From the NCBI GenBank assembly GCA_965248435.1, contig OZ252100.1:704001-768000 (forward strand): a stretch of 64,000 nucleotides of DNA, in the 5' to 3' direction. The stretch is from Candidatus Latescibacterota bacterium (GTDB lineage Bacteria > Latescibacterota > UBA2968 > GCA-2709665). This document shows, piece after piece, positions 58,774 through 64,000 of the stretch. The notes under the pieces are model-generated. The model saw nothing but the letters and a program-made list of their open reading frames with translations. It was not told the DNA's origin and did no database searches. A program made the translations under genes and the position numbers. Position 1 is the first letter of the stretch. Each line of letters opens with the position of its first letter.

Positions 58774-61383
58774 CTACCTCCCTTCCAGGTGCGACCTCAC
58801 AATGTCTTTCACCGCGGCCAGCGCCTCGTCCATCCTCTCGGGATGCTTTCCACCCGCCTGAGCCAGGTGTGGTTTTCCGCCTCCACCGCCCCCGACGATC
58901 TTGGCCACATCCTTCAGCACGGCCCCTGCCTCTACCCCCCGCTTCACCAGGTCATCCGTGACGACTGCGATCAGGTTCGCCTTGCCGTTCATCGTCGCAC
59001 CCAACACACCCACACCGGTCCCCAGGCCATCCCGAAGACGATCGGCCATCTCCCGGAAGCCCTCCATATCCTGAGGCTCCGCTTTCGCGGCGACCACGCG
59101 AACGCCTTCGACTTCGAAGGCACGGTGGACCAGATCTTCCATCTCTGACCCTGCCTGATCGCGGCGCAACCCGTGCAGCTCACGTTCCAGTTCCCGATTC
59201 CGAGAGATCAGATCCGACACTTTCTCCGGCAGATCGGGGACCGGCGCGTTCATCAGTCTCTCGAGCTCCGAGAGTGTCTTCCGCTCACGACGCAGCAGAC
59301 GCTCCGCCTCTCTCCCGGTGAGGGCCTCTATTCGCCTCACACCCGCAGCCGTCCCCGTCTCTGCGGTCAGCTGGAGGAGTCCGATCTGACCTGTGGATGT
59401 GACGTGTGTTCCCCCACAAAGCTCCAGGCTCACCTCACCGATTCTGACGGTTCTGACGACATCCCCGTACTTTTCGGTAAACAGCATGGTGGCCCCCATC
59501 TCACGCGCCTTGTCCAGCGTTACGTGCGAGATATCCACTGCCAGATCTGCGCGGATGGATTCGTTCACGATGACCTCGATCTCCTCTTTTTGAGCCAAAT
59601 CCAGGCCATGAAAGTGTGTAAAATCGAACCTGAGGCGATCTGGCGATACGAGAGATCCGGCCTGGTTCACGTGATCTCCGAGCACGCGGCGAAGGGCGGC
59701 GTGAAGCAGGTGTGTCGCGGTATGGTTTCGAGCCGTGTCTGTCCTGCGGTCGCGATCTACCTCGGCCTTCACGGACGCATCCGTTAGGACGTCTTTCCCA
59801 CCGCCTTCCAGTCGCCCCCTGTGAACGACTGCAGAACCCTGCCGAAGCGTGTCATCCACTCTTAATGAAAAGGAATCGTTATAGACCCTGCCAACGTCTC
59901 CAACCTGCCCTCCCGACTCCCCGTAAAATGGCGTGACATCCAGATAGACGTCGATCAACCCATCCGGGCCTGCCTGCGTGGCCACCACGGTTGCCTCCGA
60001 ACTCAGGGTCTCGTAGCCCACAAACTCTGAATGCCTCTCTGGAAGGCCGATCCGATCCTGGGCGACAAAGAGACCGCGTGTTGCCTCGCGCGACCGCGTG
60101 CGCTGTCCGGCCATCTCCCGTTCAAACCCCACTTCATCCACCTCGAGGCCCTTTTCAGACGCCATCAACTGGGTCAGGTCCAGAGGAAATCCGTAGGTGT
60201 CGTAGAGCTGAAAGGCATCGGCCCCGGAAATCCGGCCCCGCCGGCTGACCGATTCGAAGATCTCGATCCCGCGATCCAGCGTCTTTCCAAACCCCTCCTC
60301 CTCCGACTGGATCACCTGGGCGATATGAGGGGCCTGCTTCCGGACCTCTGGAAAGGCGTCCCCCATCGTGTCCGCCAAGGTTTTCGTCAGCCGATAGATG
60401 AAGGGCTCGTGGAGATCCAACGTTCGCCCGTAGCGAGCCGCGCGCCTCAAGATCCGCCGAAGGACGTAGCCCCTCCCCTCGCTCGAAGGAAGGGCGCCGT
60501 CGGCGATCGTGAAGGCAAGCGCGCGAATATGATCGGCGATCACGCGCATGGCCACGCCGCTTTCCTCAGTATATGAGGTTTCGCTTATCTCGCTGATCGT
60601 TTCGATGATGGGCACGAACAGATCTGTATCATAGTTGGAGTCCACGCCCTGAAGGATGGCACTGACCCGCTCGAACCCCATTCCGGTGTCGACGTGACTG
60701 TCCGGGAGGCGGTGGAGGCGGCCGTTCGAGTCCCGGTCGAACTGTATGAAGACCAGGTTCCAGATCTCCGTGTAGTCCGGCCCCTCCAGATCAGGGTTTG
60801 CCGACTGGGCTCCGGGATCCTCCCCAAGGTAATAATGGATCTCTGAGCAGGGACCGCACGGCCCGGTCTCTCCCATCTCCCAGAAGTTGTCTTTCTTTCC
60901 CAGACGGAGAACGCGCTCGGGCCGGATGCCGGTCATCTCGGGCCAGAGGACCTCTGACTCTTCATCCGGATCCAGCCCGTCACCCTCGTGCCCCTCGAAC
61001 ACCGTCGCCCAGAGGCGCTCGTTCGGGAGCTTCCACACATCCGTGAGCAGTTCCCAGGCCCACGCGATGGCCTCCCGCTTGAAATAGTCGCCGAAGGACC
61101 AGTTCCCCAGCATCTCGAAGAAGGTCTGGTGCTTCGTGCTGATTCCCACTTCCTCGAGATCGTTGTGTTTACCCGATACGCGGAGACACTTCTGGGAATC
61201 CACCGCGCGCCGGTAATCTCTGCTCCCGGTCCCCAGAAACACGTCCTTGAACTGGTTCATCCCCGCGTTGATGAAGAGCAGGGTCGGATCGTCTTGAGGA
61301 ACGATGGGTGCACTCGCAACCCGCGCGTGACCCTTTCCTTCGAAGAAACTCAGAAAACCTTCTCGAACTTCGTCTGAGGTCAT
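58774..61383 (-). CDS. alaS: Alanyl-tRNA synthetase
   Basis: DPTLLFINAGMNQFK, FFEMLGNWSFGDYFK, GPCGPCSE, DTGMGFER, HTATHLL, ELCGGTH, GGGGK. Confidence 0.98.
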   Translation of the reverse strand: MTSDEVREGFLSFFEGKGHARVASAPIVPQDDPTLLFINAGMNQFKDVFLGTGSRDYRRAVDSQKCLRVSGKHNDLEEVGISTKHQTFFEMLGNWSFGDYFKREAIAWAWELLTDVWKLPNERLWATVFEGHEGDGLDPDEESEVLWPEMTGIRPERVLRLGKKDNFWEMGETGPCGPCSEIHYYLGEDPGAQSANPDLEGPDYTEIWNLVFIQFDRDSNGRLHRLPDSHVDTGMGFERVSAILQGVDSNYDTDLFVPIIETISEISETSYTEESGVAMRVIADHIRALAFTIADGALPSSEGRGYVLRRILRRAARYGRTLDLHEPFIYRLTKTLADTMGDAFPEVRKQAPHIAQVIQSEEEGFGKTLDRGIEIFESVSRRGRISGADAFQLYDTYGFPLDLTQLMASEKGLEVDEVGFEREMAGQRTRSREATRGLFVAQDRIGLPERHSEFVGYETLSSEATVVATQAGPDGLIDVYLDVTPFYGESGGQVGDVGRVYNDSFSLRVDDTLRQGSAVVHRGRLEGGGKDVLTDASVKAEVDRDRRTDTARNHTATHLLHAALRRVLGDHVNQAGSLVSPDRLRFDFTHFHGLDLAQKEEIEVIVNESIRADLAVDISHVTLDKAREMGATMLFTEKYGDVVRTVRIGEVSLELCGGTHVTSTGQIGLLQLTAETGTAAGVRRIEALTGREAERLLRRERKTLSELERLMNAPVPDLPEKVSDLISRNRELERELHGLRRDQAGSEMEDLVHRAFEVEGVRVVAAKAEPQDMEGFREMADRLRDGLGTGVGVLGATMNGKANLIAVVTDDLVKRGVEAGAVLKDVAKIVGGGGGGKPHLAQAGGKHPERMDEALAAVKDIVRSHLEGR

Positions 61384-61419
61384 ATCAATCTCAACCGCGC
61401 TTCGAGCCACGTAGACCTT

Positions 61420-61905
61420 TCAGCGCCTCTCATCGGAGATCTCCGTCCACATCTGATCCGAAGCCCCCCGGGAAATGGAGCCGTCGAAGCCTCTCCGCAC
61501 GAGAAATCCATACATCCGGGATAGCGCCTGCATTCGATCCAACCCTTCGTAACGGCGACGTCTTGATTTCAGCAGGTCGAACGCAACCTCACCCGGATCG
61601 ACGTCAGCCATCATTTCGTCGAGCACCTGACCGACGATCTCCTGTTCCACGCCGCGCCGGGTCAGCTCCCGAAAAAGTCTGGGCCTGCCCATCGGGCGAA
61701 GCCGCATCCGCTCCTGGACCCAGCTTCGAGAAAAGGTCCGATCGTCGATGAGACCGACCTGCTCCAACCTCTGGAGGGCATCCTCGATCGCCTGCTTGCG
61801 GAACTGTCTGCCTCGAAGCTTGCGAACGATCTCACGACGCGTGTAGCTCCGCCTGCCCAGCAGACGCAGGGCGACGTCCTTGGCTTTGTCGACATCGGCT
61901 GTCAT
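61420..61905 (-). CDS. recX: Regulatory protein RecX
   Basis: ALRLLGRRSYT, GLIDDRTF, GRPRLFRELTRRGV, FLVRRGF. Downstream of recA. Confidence 0.9.
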   Translation of the reverse strand: MTADVDKAKDVALRLLGRRSYTRREIVRKLRGRQFRKQAIEDALQRLEQVGLIDDRTFSRSWVQERMRLRPMGRPRLFRELTRRGVEQEIVGQVLDEMMADVDPGEVAFDLLKSRRRRYEGLDRMQALSRMYGFLVRRGFDGSISRGASDQMWTEISDERR

Positions 61906-61923
61906 GTAAAACCCGCTATGCTC

Positions 61924-62052
61924 GACCGCGGACGGCTGACCGCGGACAGCTGCTGGAGACAAACAAGCTATTAACGATAGCAGAAAACGAACGACTCAAA
62001 CTCGAAAAATCACGCTGTTCATCCCGCCGTCTGCCGTCTATGGTCTGCAGTC
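61924..62052. repeat. Inverted heptamer-array element between recA and recX
   Basis: GACCGCG GACGGCT GACCGCG GACAGCT, then CGCCGTC TGCCGTC TATGGTC TGCAGTC. Confidence 0.7.
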
Positions 62053-62057
62053 CGCTT

Positions 62058-63104
62058 CTACGCTGTCTCCTCGGCCACCTTGGGGGCCGATTCGTTGGCC
62101 GGCAGGCCGACCGCTTTCCTCACCTCTTCTTCGATGGTCTGGGCAACCTCGGGATTCTCTCTAAAGTACCGCTTCGCGTTCTCTCTACCCTGCCCCAGGC
62201 GATGCTCTCCGTAGGAGAACCACGTCCCGCTCTTGCTGACGATGCCGTGCAGTTCGGCCACGTCCAGGATGCTCCCCTCGCTCGATATCCCTTCCCCGAA
62301 CATCAGGTCGAATTCGGCCTCCTTGAAAGGTGCTGCCATCTTGTTCTTTACGACGCGCACGCGCACGCGATTTCCGAGTATATTCTGGCCTTCCTTGATC
62401 GCACCGATGCGCCGGATGTCCATCCTGACGGAAGAGTAGAACTTCAGGGCATTCCCTCCGCTCGTCGTCTCCGGGTTACCGAACATCACGCCGATCTTCA
62501 TCCGCATCTGGTTCGTGAAAATGACACAGGTCTTCGACTTGTTGATCGAGGACGTCAGCTTTCGCAGCGCCTGCGACATCAGCCGGGCCTGCAGCCCCAT
62601 GTGGGCCTCTCCCATCTCCCCCTCCAGCTCCGCCCTCGGTACAAGCGCCGCGACGGAATCGATGACCACCACGTCGAACGCCCCGCTTCGCACAAGGGTA
62701 TCCGTAATTTCGAGGGCTTCCTCACCGGTGTCCGGCTGAGAAATCAGCAGGTTCTCCAGGTCTACACCGATCCGCTCTGCGAGTTCCACGTTGAGTGCGT
62801 GCTCCGCGTCTACGAATGCCGATACGCCACCGCGCTTCTGTGCCTCGGCAATCACGTGAAGGGCGAGGGTCGTCTTCCCCGACCCCTCGGGCCCGTAGAT
62901 TTCGACCACACGGCCGCGAGGCACCCCCCCGGCACCGAGCGCGATATCCAGCGCGATGGATCCGGTAGGAATCACCGGGACCGGCTCATACCCGGCGTTA
63001 TCGCCGCCCAAACGCATGATGGCCCCCTTGCCAAACTGCTTTTCGATCTGGGTGATGGCCAGTTCCACCGCTCGCTTCTTTCCGTCTACCTCTTGCTTCG
63101 CCAT
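62058..63104 (-). CDS. recA: Recombinase A
   Basis: [46 protein letters not shown]. Confidence 0.99.
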   Translation of the reverse strand: MAKQEVDGKKRAVELAITQIEKQFGKGAIMRLGGDNAGYEPVPVIPTGSIALDIALGAGGVPRGRVVEIYGPEGSGKTTLALHVIAEAQKRGGVSAFVDAEHALNVELAERIGVDLENLLISQPDTGEEALEITDTLVRSGAFDVVVIDSVAALVPRAELEGEMGEAHMGLQARLMSQALRKLTSSINKSKTCVIFTNQMRMKIGVMFGNPETTSGGNALKFYSSVRMDIRRIGAIKEGQNILGNRVRVRVVKNKMAAPFKEAEFDLMFGEGISSEGSILDVAELHGIVSKSGTWFSYGEHRLGQGRENAKRYFRENPEVAQTIEEEVRKAVGLPANESAPKVAEETA

Positions 63105-63198
63105 TTCACCGCCCCTCCTCTACAGACGACAATCGAATTGTGTGTTCGTGTTGGCCGGCGGTCAACTCTAACCGGTCAACTTGGGAATTCAGTGTCCA

Positions 63199-63227
63199 AA
63201 TATACTGAACATATGTATATCGGTCAA
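63199..63227 (-). promoter_or_regulatory. recA promoter with a LexA (GAAC-N4-GTTC-type) box in the spacer
   Basis: Minus strand TTGACC, 17 nt, TATATT. GAACATATGTAT at 63207-63218 lies between the -35 and -10 hexamers. Confidence 0.72.
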
Positions 63228-63241
63228 GCGCCGGCCGGATT

Positions 63242-63805
63242 TCAGGCCGGGTCGCCGAACATGCCACAACCCAGGGTCGTATACCTGGCCCCATCCCGGT
63301 GGAGATCACTCCTGATCACCTGGACGCGGTCTACGGAAAAGGGGTCGCCCTCAGACAGGTCGACGCACGCCCGTGCCAGCGACACGGGTCGACGCGAGAC
63401 ACGCCCCAGCGTGACGTGAGGGTGAAACTTTCGCTCCTCGCCCGAGAATCCGAGCGGATCCAGGGCCTGCTCGACCCTCTCCTGAATGCTGGAGAGGGCC
63501 TCCAACTCCCCCTCGATCCCAACCCATACAACCCTTGCGCGATCGGATTGAGGAAAGCCGCCAATACCCGCGACACGGAGTGTAAGAGGGCGAAGCCCGC
63601 CGGCAACCGCATTGACCGCCTCCACGACGTGTGGAACGCGCTCCTCTTCCACCTCCCCCAGAAACTTCAGAGTAAGGTGAAACCCGTGAGGTCGGACCCA
63701 CCGAATCCCCGGCAGGTCGCTGCGGAGCCGTTCGATCGTGTAATTCAGGTGTTCGCGAACCTTCTCAGGCAACTCAATCGCAACGAACGTCCGCAGGCCA
63801 GCCAT
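63242..63805 (-). CDS. thpR: RNA 2',3'-cyclic phosphodiesterase (2H family)
   Basis: RTFVAI, HLTLKFLG, HPHVTLGR (two HxT motifs). Confidence 0.92.
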   Translation of the reverse strand: MAGLRTFVAIELPEKVREHLNYTIERLRSDLPGIRWVRPHGFHLTLKFLGEVEEERVPHVVEAVNAVAGGLRPLTLRVAGIGGFPQSDRARVVWVGIEGELEALSSIQERVEQALDPLGFSGEERKFHPHVTLGRVSRRPVSLARACVDLSEGDPFSVDRVQVIRSDLHRDGARYTTLGCGMFGDPA

Positions 63806-64000
63806 TCACGCCACCCAGACGAAGATCAGGCCTCGCAAAATCAAGTTTCCGTAGATCCCCGCTACCACGTCGTCTAACACGATACCCCAACCTCCCGGAA
63901 GGGCCTCAGACTGAGCTGCCGGGAAGGGCTTGATGATGTCCAGGACGCGAAAGACGAAGAACCCCACCACCCCCAGCAGCACGGAAGAGGGCAGAAGACA
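63806..64000 (-). CDS. pgpA: Phosphatidylglycerophosphatase A, 3' part; gene starts beyond the window
   Basis: Manual translation: GFFVFRVLDIIKPFP...LPGGWGIVLDDVVAGIY...VWVA*. Confidence 0.88.
   Translation of the reverse strand, partial: CLLPSSVLLGVVGFFVFRVLDIIKPFPAAQSEALPGGWGIVLDDVVAGIYGNLILRGLIFVWVA

Noticed and set aside
57627-62052. Heptamer arrays as CRISPR repeats or IS ends
   Set aside because: Units are 7 nt, tandem and degenerate, with no unique spacers, no cas or transposase genes, and no clear target-site duplication.

Overview
A GC-rich (roughly 55-60% by eye) bacterial chromosome segment made mostly of core housekeeping genes: cimA (3' end), alaC-like and aspartate aminotransferases, argJ, accA, comEC, ecfT-truA-htrA-psd-pssA-tatA-gatA-gatB, trxB, a speD-speE fusion, typA, ahcY-metK, ptsI-ptsH, a GGGP-synthase-family gene, alaS-recX-recA-thpR-pgpA. 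It also has envelope genes (three Omp85-like barrels, an NtrY/NtrX-like pair, a lipoprotein plus barrel pair). Gene content points to a diderm of the FCB group, possibly Latescibacterota-like (inference). I saw no rRNA, tRNA, CRISPR array, integrase or transposase. The best candidate for an undescribed element is the gene-free interval between accA and a small response regulator. It has sigma70-type promoters, about 600 nt of back-to-back G-U-rich stem domains (5577-6182) and U-tract ends, which suggests one large structured ncRNA or a tandem set. Other notable items: a probably frameshifted or deleted receiver gene, an AT-rich Bacteroidota-like typA, inverted heptamer-array intergenic elements, a sigma54 promoter on the lipoprotein/barrel pair, an Omp85 fused to a kinase-like (DxDRH) domain, and a polyamine/acetyltransferase/queuosine-salvage cluster. 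All RNA pairings were found by eye and no database searches were run.
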